From assembly GCA_963845755.1 (NCBI GenBank), contig CAWJTV010000048.1, forward strand, positions 1-64,000: a stretch of 64,000 nt of DNA. The letters are read 5' to 3'. Source of the stretch: an uncultured Planctomycetota bacterium. GTDB lineage: Bacteria; Planctomycetota; Planctomycetia; Isosphaerales; Isosphaeraceae. The first letter of the stretch is position 1. Each line of letters opens with the position of its first letter. A model generated the notes under the pieces. That model made no database searches. It was not told the origin of the DNA and worked only from the letters and a program-made list of their open reading frames with translations. The position numbers were made by a program, and so were the translations under genes. Positions 44,455-56,753 of the stretch are shown piece by piece.

Positions 44455-46331
44455 TCAGTACCGGATCGCATCACGAGCCGCGGCCACGGGCAACGGAGCA
44501 ACATGGAGCAGGATCAGTTCGTTTCGATGGAGCCCCGACTCGCGGAATAGGGGGGTCACGTGCTTCGGCAACTCGCCAGCCAGCCGATCGTAGAGATTCG
44601 CGCGAATCAGCAGGTAGGGCGTGCTCGGATCGCCCCGATCGAGCCAGTCGAAAAGGGCTTGCTTGTCGTGGGCCTGGCGCTGGCGTCCAGGTCTTCGAGC
44701 TTCACCGACGGAACCGAGCGGGAACGATAGGCTTCGACGAGGTCAAAGGCCGTGCTGTAGCGCGGATGGCTGCCGGGCACCGGCAGGAGGTCCATTCCCT
44801 GAAGGTAGAACCAGAGTCCTTCATCGATCTCGTTGAAGAAGCGGAGCGATCGGACCTCCGGCGGCACGAGGCCGAAAAGGGTCTGGGCCAGCTCCCGATG
44901 TCCGCGACGCGCGTTCTCGACCGGAGCGATGACGCCGTAGATGGTCAAGAAGCCCAGGGCACACGCCCCGGCGATCGGAGCCAGCGAGACGGCGGCGCCG
45001 CCGCGCCTCCAGAGGAAGCCGCTCCAGACGACCCCCGTCGCCAGGGCCGCGGCGATCCCCACCGACCAGAGCCAGAGCGCGGGAGGAAGCCACGATCGAT
45101 CCACGACCGGCGCCACGACCGCGGCGACGAAGAGCAGGACCCACTGTGCCTGCAGGACCGCTCGGGTCGCCGGGGCGCCTCTCCCGGAGCCGCGCGCCCG
45201 GTGCGTCAGCCGAATCCAGGCCGCTCCGATTAACAGTGCCATGCCAGGCAGACACGGCAAATAATAGTTCGACTTGGCGACGGTCCAGAGGCTGAAGATC
45301 ACCAGATTGCCGACTGCCCAGAACCAGGGAAACCATATCGACGACAACTCGCGCGTCGGCATGTCCCGGCTCGGTGCATCGTCACTTGTCCGGGCCGGCG
45401 ATTCCGGCAGGAACGGCAAGATCACCGCGACCATCGCAATCAAGGACCAGGGGAGCATCATGACCGGCCACTGCGACGCCAGCGGCGCATGGCGGTGGTG
45501 CGGGAGGGTTTGCCAGATCCCGGTCTTCTCCGAGATCTCCACCAGCCAGACTCGCCAGGCGTTGGGGGACTGCCACATCACGGCCAACGGCCAGCTCGCC
45601 GCGAGTGCTGCGAACACCAGCAGGCCCCAGCGGTCGGCCAGACAACGCAGGCCGCTGGCCAGCCGTCGAGAAACGATCAAGTAAGGGATGATCGTCACGG
45701 AGACCAGCATCAGGATGATCGGGCCTTTGGTCAGGAATCCGAGTCCCATCGCGGCGTAGAGGGCCAGACTCCAGATCCGGTCGACGCGCGACTTGCCCGC
45801 GCAGCCGTCTCGGTCATTCGGCTGCCTTTCTTCCAGCAGGTGCCAGGCGGCAAAGAGCGCCAGCGTGACGAACAGGGCGATGGGCCCGTCATTGCCCGCC
45901 TGGCGCATCTCGGCCACGAAGAAGCCGAGCGAGGCGAGCACCAGCGCGGAGGCCAGCCCCAGCGGCCGTCCACCCATCCGTCGTCCCAGCGCATAGACCA
46001 GGGCCACGGTCGCCAGGGCGCAGGCTGCACCGGGGAGTCGGATGATCCACTCGTCGCGACGGCCCGTGAGTGCCATCAGCGCCGCGATGATCCAGCGGGG
46101 CAGGGGCGGCTTCTCCAGACGAGGGCGCCCCTGGATCTCGGCCACGAGCCAGTGCTGATGGTCAACCGTGTCGATCGCTTCGGCCGCGAGGCGCTGCTCG
46201 CGCTTGCCCCACAAGTCGAGAGACCCGAGGTAGCCCAGGAACACGGCGGCTGTGAGCACACCCACCATGACCTCGGGCCCGGCTCGACGCCACGCGGGTT
46301 GGTCACCTGCACCGAGCGTCCCGGTCGGCAT
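44455..46331 (-). CDS. ArnT/PMT-family (GT39/83) glycosyltransferase (frameshift ~44670)
   Basis: REQR, PRLEKPPLPRW, RLP, GFLTKGP, AKSNYYLP; multiple TMs. Confidence 0.88.
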
Positions 46332-46520
46332 GGGTCTCCTCCTTGAATCACCCACGAGGCCGGGCCGGGTCGATCCGTCCGCCTCCCTTCGGCGCGCAGT
46401 CGAACGTCCTGCCGAAACTGCGGCCGGAGGTTATCGGAAATGACCGAGCCGGGCAATCCGAAGTTGGACGAACCCCGGGGCAAACCGCCTTCGATCGACC
46501 AACCGACCGACCGTCGGGAG

Positions 46521-46937
46521 TCAGGGAGTGAGATTGCCCGGCCCGAATGCTTGCGGCAACAGGTTGCCGAGATCCGATCGAATTACGCGCTCACCGTCGC
46601 AGATCGAGAAGATGACGGCATTCGGCCCGAACTCGTTGATCACCTGCCGGCAGGCGCCGCAGGGTGCGGTCGGCTCGGGCGTCGGCGTGTAGATGAGGAC
46701 CGCCCGGATCGCGAGCCGGCCTTGGGATCGGACGATCGCCTGGAAGACCGCGTTGCGCTCGGCGCACATGGTGAGGCCGTAAGAGGCGTTCTCGACGTTA
46801 CAACCGGAAAAGACCGCGTTCTGCTCCGTCAAGAGGGCGGCCCCGACCGGGAACCGGCTGTATGGGCAGTAGGCATGCCCAGCAGCCTGTCGAGCGGCCG
46901 CGGCCAGCTCGGCATAGATCGTCTCGTTGATCTCCAT
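46521..46937 (-). CDS. cdd: Cytidine deaminase
   Basis: AYCPYSRFPVGAA, GCNVENASYGLTMCAERNA, PCGACRQ. Confidence 0.95.
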   Translation of the reverse strand: MEINETIYAELAAAARQAAGHAYCPYSRFPVGAALLTEQNAVFSGCNVENASYGLTMCAERNAVFQAIVRSQGRLAIRAVLIYTPTPEPTAPCGACRQVINEFGPNAVIFSICDGERVIRSDLGNLLPQAFGPGNLTP

Positions 46938-47258
46938 GATGTCGGCTTCCTTGTGGCCTCTCAATCGGCGCCTCGGATCGGGATGATGGTAAGGCATGCT
47001 CGTTCCATTTGCGCGACCAGCCCAACGCCGAATCGCTCCGGGTTCTTCCTTGCCCCCAGCGTGCCTTCCTCGAGGTCTCCAAGTCAACGGAAAGAGGGCG
47101 GAGACCTCCGGAGTTGTGGTGCTGTGCTCGCTTTTTTCGTTTTTTTCGCACGGAGTTGGTCGCGAGATGGCACTCATAAAGATAGACAACGGGTGCCGGC
47201 TGGGCCGGGCCGAGTCCGGGCGGGCCCGATATCAGATCTCCAGAACAAGGACAATGGG

Positions 47259-49245
47259 ATGCGCTTGACTCTCAGGACACTCCTGGCATGGCTCGATGAT
47301 ACGTTGGATCCCCATCAGGTTCGGGAGATCGGCAAGCAAGTGGCGGAGAGCCCGTTCGCCCAGGAGCTGGCGGATCGGATTCATCGCGTCGCCCGTCAGC
47401 GCCGGCTCTCGGTCCCGAGTAATTCCGGTCCCGACCCGATCGATCCGAATGTGGTCGCCAGCTATCTGGATAACGACCTGGACCCCGATTCCGTGGCGGA
47501 ATTCGAGAAGAAGTGCCTGACGACCGACGTGAATCTCGCCGAAGTGGCGAGCGTTCACCAGATCCTCAGCCTCCTCGGTCAGAAGGTGCAAGTCCCGGCC
47601 GAGGCGCGGTCGCGGATGTATCAATTGGTCAAAGGGCGAGAGACCGTCGGTCGCAAGCGGACCTCGCGACGACGTCCGCTGCCTCCCGAGCCGGTCACGA
47701 AGCCGATTCAGCCCTGGGTCGTGCCCGACATACCGAAACGCTCCTGGATTGAGCGATTCGGACCCGCGATCGCCTGCCTCGTTCTGATCCTCCTCCTGAC
47801 TTTGACGGCCTTGTGGAGTCTGAGCGCACCGCCCGCTAATCAGAGCCAGCGCGCCGCCGGTGATGATCGCCGGCGGCAATATCGGACCGGCCGGGCCGGA
47901 AGCCGCGCCGGGCAAAGCCCCAACGGAATCCGCAAAGGTGGCATCAGAGTCCGACGCGTCCCAACCGGAGGCGAACCACGAGGCGGAATTGCGCGGACCC
48001 GCACCGGCGAGCCCATCGCCCGCCGCCGATACGACCGGCGAGGCGAACCTCGCGAAAGCCGCCGCGGAGCCGAAGCCGAAAGACCGCCCTGTGCCCGCCG
48101 TACCGTCGGGTTCCGCCGGCCTGGCGGAGAAGTCGGATGGCCTCTTCTTGCGCTACAACACGGATGGCCGGGAGTGGGACCGACTCACCGCCGCGACCCC
48201 CTTGAACCGCTCCGATCGCTTGCTCTGCCTGACTCCGTTCCGCTCGTCGATCACGATGGGGAAGATGCGGATCACCCTCGTGGGTGAGACAGAAGTCCGC
48301 ATCCTCTCCGCGGGGAATGACAGCGTGCCCGCGCTGGAGCTGTTGCAAGGCCGGCTCCTCATCCATCAGGCCGAGACCAGCAGTCTCAAGGTCGTGTTCT
48401 CGAAGCGGACGGCCAGCATGGAACTGGCGCCGGAAACCACGATCGCGCTGGAGCGTGTCGAGCGGCGGACGTACGGCCGGCCAACCACGCAAACCCAGCC
48501 GCTGGCCGCCTGCTGCGTCCAAGGTACGGCCGAACTCACCGTCGAGGGAAAGGAGGCGGTACTCAAGCCGTCAAACCTCGCCATGATCGACGGTGGGCAG
48601 ATCGAGATCACGACGCCGGACCGCCTTCCGGCCTGGGTTACCCAGGCCGAACCCTCTCCGTACGAACTCCAGGTCCGAGACCAGTTCCTCAAGCTGTTTC
48701 ACCCCGGTCGTAACGTCCTCACCGAGGTCGTTGGCGCGTATGAAGACGAGCACAAGGAGATGAAGGAACTGGCGATCTCCGCACTCAAGGCGCTGGGCGA
48801 TCTGTCACTCCTGATGCCCATCCTCGACCGCGAGGGCGATCCGGTCGCCCGCCTCAAGACCATCGAGGCGATTCGCTCCTACATGACACTCGGGCCCGAT
48901 GCCTCCAAGAGCGTGCAATCGCCGCTCGAGGAGGAATTCGGCGAGAACCTCGGGACGATGGCTTATCGCATGCTCGTCGGCTACTCTCCCGATGAAGTGG
49001 CCAAGGACGACATCTATCCCCGGCTGGTCGGCCTGCTGTCTCCCGACCAGTCCAAGGTGGGCATCCGCGAACTGGCCCTCGATACGCTGAAGCGCCTGAC
49101 CGGGCGCGATGCGCTCGGATACGATCCCGACCATCCCGGCGGCAAGGGGCTCGACAACTGGAACGATCTCCTCCGCCGCGGTGAATTGAAACCCCTGAAA
49201 CCGCCGGCTCCCCGTTCGACCAAGGCGAAAGCGAAAGTGAAATGA
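47259..49245 (+). CDS. Conserved planctomycete single-TM protein (frameshift ~47858)
   Basis: MRLTLRTLLAWLDDTL...DPNVVASYLDN..LAEVASVHQILS; TM; Pro/Ala linker; helical C-terminus. Confidence 0.8.
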
Positions 49246-49300
49246 AACCGGGGATCCGGGCTGACCAGCGTGCGGCGAAGGGTCGCCTTCGCCGTGCGCT

Positions 49301-50877
49301 TCAGTGCGTCGTCCGCGACCGGTCGGCGTCCTTCTGTGCGAGGGTCGCCGTGTGGTCGCGGCGGAACGGGAACGCCATGCGCTGACGCGTGCATCGATAG
49401 AGCCGGATCCGTCGCACCGCCAGGCCGTGCCGTTGCACCCAGAACTCGGACGCCGGTTCGATCCGCGTGAACCATCGCGCGAAATATCGGGCCACAACCT
49501 CCGGTTCATTCCCCACCAGGACCAGGACCCCATCGCGGCCGACCCAGTCCTCCGGGCGGCTCCAGAACGCGAACCCGCGCGGATCGTCCGTGTTATAACA
49601 AAGGACAGGACGCTGGCCGGCCAGCGCGTACGCGATCTGGGCACTCTGGTACCAGTATCGCGTGAAGACGAAGCTCTGGGGATCGTCAACCCACCCGAGC
49701 TGTCGGATCCGATCCGCGACCTGATCCCAACCATAGAGGTCGAGGGTCGGATCGGTCCGCGTATCCAGCAACCCGAACCACCTCCCCTCCTCCCGCTGAA
49801 ACCAGCCGGTGCGAAACTCGACAATCGTCAGGGTAACCAGGGTCATCGAGAGACCGGCGTAGGCTGCGAGCCGCCATCGCAGCCGTTCGGGACGTCGTTC
49901 GAATCGCCCGGCCCAGTCCTTCCCCAGGATCGGGAACAACGACACCAGTCCGATCAGGCCCCAGTGCGGTAAGACCGGGCGGAAACACGCCACGAGGGTG
50001 AAGACGATCAGGGGTACCGCGGCCAGGCAGAGCCAGAGCTTTTCCGGGCCGCTGGCGATTCTCGACCACCCGCAACATCCGCGTACCACCACCACGACCA
50101 GGGGTATCCAGATCCACGGGAACAGGTATCCCGCCTGGGCCAGGATCGCCACGAGCAGAGAGTCTGGCCGCGGGACCCAACTTCCCACCGCACGCCCCCC
50201 CTGAAAGAGGAAGGACACCCAGCCATGGCCGGCGTTCCAGATGAGGACCGGACTGAACGCCAACAGGCCGATCGCCACGGCCACGTATGGCCCTGGCCGG
50301 AATAACCAGCGCCGTCGCATCCGCCCGTCGATCAGGACATAAACCGCGGCACCCATCGGGAGGAAGATTGCATGATACTTGCTGAGCATAGCGGCACCCC
50401 AGACCAGGCCGACCTCGACCCACGGCCTGAGCCGCCGAGAATCGGGCTCCTCCAAGGCGACGCTCAACCGGTCGAGTGTCAACAGCCAGAAGAAGAGCAG
50501 GGGACCGTCGGGCAGGGCGAACATCGAGGCGGCCAGTCCGTAGTAGCCGGTCACATTCAAGGCGACGGCGGCGAGGAATCCGCGCGCGGCCCGTAGTATC
50601 GGCTGGTCATCCGTGCCAGGATGGCGGTCGAACCGGCGAAGAGCCCGATGAAGCCGATCCGAAGTGCCCACTCCGCAGTTCCCGCGCCCGGGAGGGCCAG
50701 GCCCGCCATCTCGACCCAGGCCATCATCGGCGGATGGTCGAAATAGCTGAGCGCGGGATGGGCCGCATACAGAAAGTGATAAGCCTCGTCGTTCCCTAAC
50801 CCCAGGCTCATCGAACAGATCAGGCGGAGGAGCGCCGAGCCGGCGATCAGGATCCAGAGCGCACGCGTGGGGTTCAT
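49301..50877 (-). CDS. GT39/PMT_2-family glycosyltransferase (frameshift ~50585)
   Basis: DEAY, SYFDHPPM, PDGPL, LSKYH, PVLIWN..W.SF.FQ, LPHW. Confidence 0.88.
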
Positions 50878-51030
50878 GGAGCGAGCGTCCTTGCTCGTAA
50901 GTCGAAACGGCTCAGGTGAGAACAGGGCCTGGAGAAACACCGCCTTGTTTCTTAACGCAGATCGTTTTCCGGATCGAGACCAATCCTCGCGACAACCCCG
51001 ATCTTGCCGGCCGTTACCGGCGTGGCCACA

Positions 51031-51845
51031 ATGATAAACCAGGCTTTGCAGCTCGACGTCTCCCGACTTCTTTCGACTGGCCCAACCTTGAGCGCGGTAC
51101 CCCTCGACAAGTCCGATCAGCGCGTCCGGCGGATGTTCGCGTCGATCGCCCGGCGGTACGATCTCCTCAACCATTTGCTGAGCCTGAACATCGATCGATC
51201 GTGGCGCACCTTCACGACGAAGGTGGCACCACCCGAGCCCGGAGTACCCGTACTGGACTGCTGCACGGGAACGGCCGATCTCGCTCTGGCTTACGACCGA
51301 GCCGGCCGAGGCCGATCGCCGATCGTCGGGACCGACTTCTGCCGCGAGATGTTGGAGATCGGCCGCGAGAAGGTGCACAAGGCCGGGGCGAGTGCGGGTC
51401 ACGCTGGTGGAGGGCGATGCGCAACGATTGCCGGTACCCGGCGATACCTTCGGAGTGGTCAGCGTGGCGTTCGGCTTGAGGAATGTCCGCGACACGGTTC
51501 GCGGGATCGACGAGTTGATCCGGGTCGCCCGGCCGGGCGGAAAGGTGGCGATCCTGGAGTTTTCTCGCCCTCGCGGCCGGCTGCTCGGGCGGCTTTACCT
51601 GACGTTTTTCCGCCATCTCCTGCCTCGGATCGGCCAGGCCCTCGCCCCCAACGACGACCACGCCTACGAGTATCTGCCCCGGAGCGTCCTCGAGTTCCCC
51701 GACGGCCAGGCGATGCTCGAACTCCTGGGCGCGCGGACTGACCGCGCTGGAGCTCTATCCCTTGACGGGCGGGATCGCCACCCTCTATCTCGGGACCAAG
51801 GCGGCGCCGGACGGAAGGGCTGCGTCCGGGGAGCCGATTCCATGA
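51031..51845 (+). CDS. menG: Demethylmenaquinone methyltransferase MenG/UbiE (two frameshifts)
   Basis: VRRMFASIARRYDLLNHLLS, VLDCCTGTAD, GDAQRLP, AFGLRNV, AYEYLPRSV.EFP. Confidence 0.9.
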
Positions 51846-52538
51846 CCCTCAAGGGCTCATCCGACCCGGACGACCTGGTCGTGGCAATGACTGGGGCCAG
51901 CGGAGCAGCCTATGCCGTGCGCCTGCTGCAATGGCTCTGCCGGATCGGGCGGACCATCCACGTCACGATCAGCCCCAGTGCCGTTCAGGTCTTCCGCGAA
52001 GAGTTGGATGTCGCGTTGAGCGTAGACGCATTCGATCCCGCGGTCCTCGGCTGTGAAGGTCCCGGGCAGGTCGTCTATCATCACCACCAGGATTTCACCG
52101 CCGGCATCGCCAGCGGCTCGTTCCCGACCGGGGGGATGGTCATCGTCCCGTGTAGCATGAGCACCCTGGGCGCGATCGCCGCCGGCATCACCACCAACCT
52201 GATCACCCGCGCCGCCGACGTTCACCTCAAGGAACGTCGCAAACTGATCCTGGTCCCGCGTGAGACGCCCTTGAGTCTCATCCATCTGGAGAACATGGTG
52301 CGCGTGACGCCGCGCCGGTGCCGTCGTCTTGCCGGCGGCGCCCGGCTGGTATCACCGTCCGACGCGCCTCGAGGACCTCATCGACTTCATCGTGAGCCGG
52401 GTCTGCGATCAGCTCGGAATCGACAACACCCTCACGCGAAGATGGGGAGAACTCGGCCGATCCGATCCGGACGAGACCCAGCACGATCCCAGGCCGGAAC
52501 TGGACGAGACGCATCCTGAATCCATCGACAGCCGGTGA
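51842..52538 (+). CDS. ubiX: Flavin prenyltransferase UbiX (frameshift ~52310)
   Basis: VAMTGASG, IASGS, PCSMSTL, RAADV.LKERRKLILVPRETP, PAAPGWY. Confidence 0.93.
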
Positions 52539-52560
52539 CCCCATGCCCGGACAAGCGCCC

Positions 52561-53445
52561 ATGACTGTACCGCACCGGGTCGTCCTGATCACCGGCGCCT
52601 CGGCGGGCGTCGGTGAGGCCCTTGCACGGGAACTGGTCCGACGCCGAAAAGCCCGAGCCCTGGTGCTGACGGCCCGTCGCGTCGAGCGCCTCGATCGTCT
52701 GGCCGACGAACTCCGGTCCCATCAGCCCGATCTCGAAGTCCTGACGATCGCGGGCGACCTGGCCGATCCGGCGACACCGCAACGCCTGGTCGACGAGATG
52801 ACGGCCCGGTTCGGGGGAATCGACGTACTGATCAACAACGCCGGACTCGGGCTGCCAACCCAGTTCGCGGAGGCCGGCCCCGACGATCTGAACCGTCAGA
52901 TCGCGGTGAACTTGACGGCGCCGCTGATCTTGAGCCGCCTGGCCTTGCCCAGCCTGATCGAACGTCGTGGCACGATCATCAATATCGGCTCGGCGATCAC
53001 GTGCGTGGCCAATTCCGCGCTGGGGGCCTACGGAGCGACCAAGGCGGGCCTGGCCTACTGGAACGATGCCCTCCGCCGCGAGCTGTGGTCCACCGGTGTG
53101 CGAGTCTGCCTCGTCGAGCCCGGTCCGATCAAGACCGAGTTCATGGACGCGGTCTCGGCCCTCGTGCCCCCTGGCGGGCACCCCGATCCGATCCTGAACA
53201 ACGCCGCACCCTGGATGACGGCCGACGTGGACGAGGTCGCGCGACGGGTTGTCCGGTTGCTCGACCATCCGCGGCGCCGGCTCTCGGTCACGCGACGATT
53301 CGTATGGCTTTTCCGGATCCTCGGTGCCGTTGCGTCGCTTTGCCCGCCGCTCGGAGACCGGTTCGTCGCCGCCCTCTCACGCAGGCCACGAGGCCGTAGC
53401 GTTCCGATCGCCTCATCGAGCCGGTCCGTGGAGAACCCCTCATGA
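52561..53445 (+). CDS. SDR family oxidoreductase
   Basis: TGASAGVG, NNAG, YGATK, EPGPIKTEF. Confidence 0.93.
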   Translation: MTVPHRVVLITGASAGVGEALARELVRRRKARALVLTARRVERLDRLADELRSHQPDLEVLTIAGDLADPATPQRLVDEMTARFGGIDVLINNAGLGLPTQFAEAGPDDLNRQIAVNLTAPLILSRLALPSLIERRGTIINIGSAITCVANSALGAYGATKAGLAYWNDALRRELWSTGVRVCLVEPGPIKTEFMDAVSALVPPGGHPDPILNNAAPWMTADVDEVARRVVRLLDHPRRRLSVTRRFVWLFRILGAVASLCPPLGDRFVAALSRRPRGRSVPIASSSRSVENPS

Positions 53446-53515
53446 TCCTCGATCGAGGCCGCGACTCCTTCGAGACGATATCAGCCCGAAGCGCTAGCGA
53501 GTGGATTTCGACATC

Positions 53516-54388
53516 ATGAGCCTTGCCCGAACCCGCGACTTTTTCGAGCTGGTCAAGTTCAGCCACACGCTGTTCGCCCTCCCGTTCGCGATCCTGGGAG
53601 CGGTGCTGGCCGCGTACGCACCGGATGGCCGGCCGCCCCGCATTCAGGACTGGGCCGGCATCCTGCTCTGCATGGCGACGGCCCGTTCGGCGGCCATGGC
53701 GTTCAATCGATTGGCCGATCGAAATTACGATGCACTGAACCCCAGGACGGCCAGCCGGCACCTCCCTTCCGGCCGGCTCAGCACCGGCGCGGTCGCCACG
53801 TTCACGATCGTCTCCGCCGCGGCTTTCATCGGATCGACACTCCTGTTTCTCCCCAATCGATGGCCGATCATCCTGTCGATCCCGGTATTGCTCTGGCTGC
53901 TGGGCTATTCCTACACCAAGCGATTCACCAGTCTCGCCCACTTCTGGCTCGGGCTCTCATTGAGCCTGGCCCCGATCGCGGCCTGGATCGCCCTGCGCGG
54001 CGACTTGAGATGGCCTCCGGTCCTCCTGGCGATGGCTGTCCTTCTGTGGGTGGCCGGGTTCGATATCATCTACGCCTGCCAGGACGTGGAATTCGACCGC
54101 CATGCCGGCCTGCGCAGTATCCCGAGGGCTATTGGCATCCGGGGAGCCCTCCGGCTTGCCGCCGCATGTCACGCCCTGATGATCGTGCCCCTCGTGGCGC
54201 TGGGTCTGGTTTTTCCGCTCGGGACCATCTATTTCCTCGGAGTCGCCGCCGTGGCCGCACTCCTGGTTTACGAGCACGCCCTCGTTCGCCCCGACGACCT
54301 CACCCGCGTGAATATCGCCTTCTTTCAGGTGAACATTGTGATCAGCCTCGGCCTGCTGGGCGTTGCTGTCCTGGACCTGATCCTCTGA
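53516..54388 (+). CDS. mqnP: UbiA-like polyprenyltransferase (MqnP type)
   Basis: KFSHTLFALPFA, ARSAAMAFNR..D..NPRT, YSYTKR, GFDIIYACQD. Confidence 0.9.
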   Translation: MSLARTRDFFELVKFSHTLFALPFAILGAVLAAYAPDGRPPRIQDWAGILLCMATARSAAMAFNRLADRNYDALNPRTASRHLPSGRLSTGAVATFTIVSAAAFIGSTLLFLPNRWPIILSIPVLLWLLGYSYTKRFTSLAHFWLGLSLSLAPIAAWIALRGDLRWPPVLLAMAVLLWVAGFDIIYACQDVEFDRHAGLRSIPRAIGIRGALRLAAACHALMIVPLVALGLVFPLGTIYFLGVAAVAALLVYEHALVRPDDLTRVNIAFFQVNIVISLGLLGVAVLDLIL

Positions 54389-54601
54389 CTTCACGCGGCC
54401 TTCGGTCGCAATTGAAGACGGATTCCAGACTTATCTCCAGGAGAATCGGGAGTCAGGAATGTTGAATCGAGGACAGCCAGGTCGGGAACGCCGGTTGATG
54501 ATCTCTTCAGTTCGGACTAAAATCCCTGAAACGGGGTGTGGAAAGTTGGCTCGAAGCCTCCACAATGGGGGCGAGCTTGGCCGCGAGAGGAAAGGCACGC
54601 G

Positions 54602-55759
54602 ATGAAGAGCGAGATCGCCCTCATGGATTCGATCCGAGAAAAAGTCGAAGCCCGTCAGCGCCTCAGTTTCGAGGACGGCCTGGCGCTGGAGGCGTCGAAC
54701 GACCTGTTCGCCCTCGGCTCGATGGCCAACCTGGTACGCGAGCGTTACAACGGCAATTTCGGTTACTATAATGTCAATACGCACATTAATCCGACGAATG
54801 TCTGCGTCTACACCTGCGACTTCTGCGCGTTCCGGGCGGACCTTGACGAGCCGAAAGCCTATGTCATGGAGAGGGACCAGATCGTCGAGCGGGCTCGGCA
54901 GGCCGCCGCGCGGGGGGCGACCGAGCTGCATATCGTCGGCGGACTGCACCACAAGCTGCCGTTCAGCTATTACGTCGATGTCGTCCGATGGATCAAGGAG
55001 ACGGCGCCGGAGATCCACATCAAGGCGTACACGGCCGTCGAGATCGAGTTCTTCCGCAAGATCGCACGGAAGTCGGTGGAGGAGATCCTCCGGGAGCTGG
55101 TCGATGCCGGGCTGGGCAGCCTGCCGGGCGGCGGTGCCGAGATCTTCCACCCCGAGGTGCGGGAGCAGATTTGCGGCGCCAAGGCCTCGACAGAGAGCTG
55201 GCTCGACATCCATCGCACGGCGCACCGGCTGGGACTGCACTCCAACGCGACCATGCTCTACGGTCACATCGATCAACCCAAGCACCGGATCGACCATCTG
55301 ATCCGCCTGCGCGAGCTCCAGGATGAGACCGGCGGGTTCCAAACCTTCATCCCCCTGGCCTTCCATCCGGATAACTCGCAGATGGCCCATATCCCCAAGC
55401 CTTCGGGGGTGATGGACCTCAAGGTCATGGCCATCAGCCGGCTGATGCTCGACAACTTCCCGCACATCAAGGCGTACTGGGTCATGCTCGGACTCAAGAC
55501 CGCCCAGGTGGCCCTGTCGTTCGGGTCCGACGACATCGACGGCACGGTCGTCCACGAGAAGATTTACCACGAAGCCGGCGCCGAGACACCCCAGGAAGTG
55601 ACCGTCGCCGAGATCCGCCGCCTCATCGCCGAGGCCGGCCGCGTCCCGGTCGAGCGCGACACGCTCTACCATCGCGTCGAGCGCGATGGCGGCGCCTGGT
55701 CCAGTCGAGAACATATCGACGTGCAGGGACTGACCCTCGCCGGCGCGGCCAGGGGCTGA
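54602..55759 (+). CDS. mqnE: Aminofutalosine synthase (radical SAM)
   Basis: HINPTNVCVYTCDFCAF, ELHIVGG, HIKAYTAVE, PGGGAEIF, FIPLAFHP, HIKAYW. Confidence 0.92.
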   Translation: MKSEIALMDSIREKVEARQRLSFEDGLALEASNDLFALGSMANLVRERYNGNFGYYNVNTHINPTNVCVYTCDFCAFRADLDEPKAYVMERDQIVERARQAAARGATELHIVGGLHHKLPFSYYVDVVRWIKETAPEIHIKAYTAVEIEFFRKIARKSVEEILRELVDAGLGSLPGGGAEIFHPEVREQICGAKASTESWLDIHRTAHRLGLHSNATMLYGHIDQPKHRIDHLIRLRELQDETGGFQTFIPLAFHPDNSQMAHIPKPSGVMDLKVMAISRLMLDNFPHIKAYWVMLGLKTAQVALSFGSDDIDGTVVHEKIYHEAGAETPQEVTVAEIRRLIAEAGRVPVERDTLYHRVERDGGAWSSREHIDVQGLTLAGAARG

Positions 55760-55796
55760 AGTTCTCCCGGTTCCTTCTTGTCAACGAGGCAACGCC

Positions 55797-56669
55797 ATGT
55801 CGGTTGCTCCTTCTCGGTCAGGCAAGACCCGCCCCAGTCAACCCGAGCCGAGCAAGTCCCCCTCCAAGCCGCCGTCCTGGGGTTGGGGACCCGACGGCCG
55901 ATACACGCCGCTCACCGCTGACGGGAAACTGCCCGATCCTCTGCCCGGCCACCTTGAGCTGCCCGAGGAGAACGACGAGATCGTGGAAAACTTCCGAGAG
56001 CAGCCCCAGGGCGAGATCCTGGACCAGGGGATCCGGCCGATCCTGCAACGGATTCATCCCGATCGTCGCTACGCCTTGGGCCATGACTGCGGAATTTACT
56101 GGCGGTTGGCCGACCCCGAAGCCAGTGGCGCCGTCTGCCCGGACTGGTTCTACGTCCCGGGAGTCTCGCCCCTGGTGCAGGACCACTACCGGCGATCCTA
56201 TGTGCTCTGGAAGGAGAATGTGCCTCCGACCGTCCTCATCGAGTACGCCTCGGACCACGGCGACAAGGAGCGCGATCCCACGCCTCTGCTGGGGAAATTC
56301 TGGGTTTACGAGCAGGTGGTCCGCGGCGCGTATTACGCAATCTTCATCGTTGCGACGGGCGATCTGGAGGTCTACCGGCTCCGAAACAGGAAGTATCAAC
56401 GACTTCGGCCCAACGGGCACGGGCATTATCCCATCACGCCGCTAGGAGTTACGTTGGGCGTCTGGCACGGTCTCTATGGCAACGAGACGGCCCCGTGGCT
56501 CCGCTGGTACGATGATCAGGGAATCCTGCTCCCAATTGATATCGAACGCGCCGACGAGGAACATCGCCGCGCCGACGAGGAACATCGCCGCGCCGACGAG
56601 GAACATCGTCGCGCCGAGCTACTTGCGGCCAAGTTGCGCGAGTTGGGTGTCGATCCCAATGCGATTTGA
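55797..56669 (+). CDS. Uma2-family (DUF820) endonuclease-like protein
   Basis: PDWFYVPGV, RRSYVLW.E, IEYAS, WLRWYD..G; three 21-bp RADEEHR repeats at 56547-56609; LRELGVDP. Confidence 0.9.
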   Translation: MSVAPSRSGKTRPSQPEPSKSPSKPPSWGWGPDGRYTPLTADGKLPDPLPGHLELPEENDEIVENFREQPQGEILDQGIRPILQRIHPDRRYALGHDCGIYWRLADPEASGAVCPDWFYVPGVSPLVQDHYRRSYVLWKENVPPTVLIEYASDHGDKERDPTPLLGKFWVYEQVVRGAYYAIFIVATGDLEVYRLRNRKYQRLRPNGHGHYPITPLGVTLGVWHGLYGNETAPWLRWYDDQGILLPIDIERADEEHRRADEEHRRADEEHRRAELLAAKLRELGVDPNAI

Positions 56670-56753
56670 GTCCCCTTGCTGAAGCGTGACGTGCAGGTGA
56701 GTGGTTACGTTCTTCCCTGTTCTCCCAGTCCCCGCCGACAAGGAGGCGAGGCC

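Noticed and set aside
43911..45233. 440-aa plus-strand ORF
   Set aside because: Arg/Pro-rich, has no motifs, and overlaps two better-supported minus-strand genes
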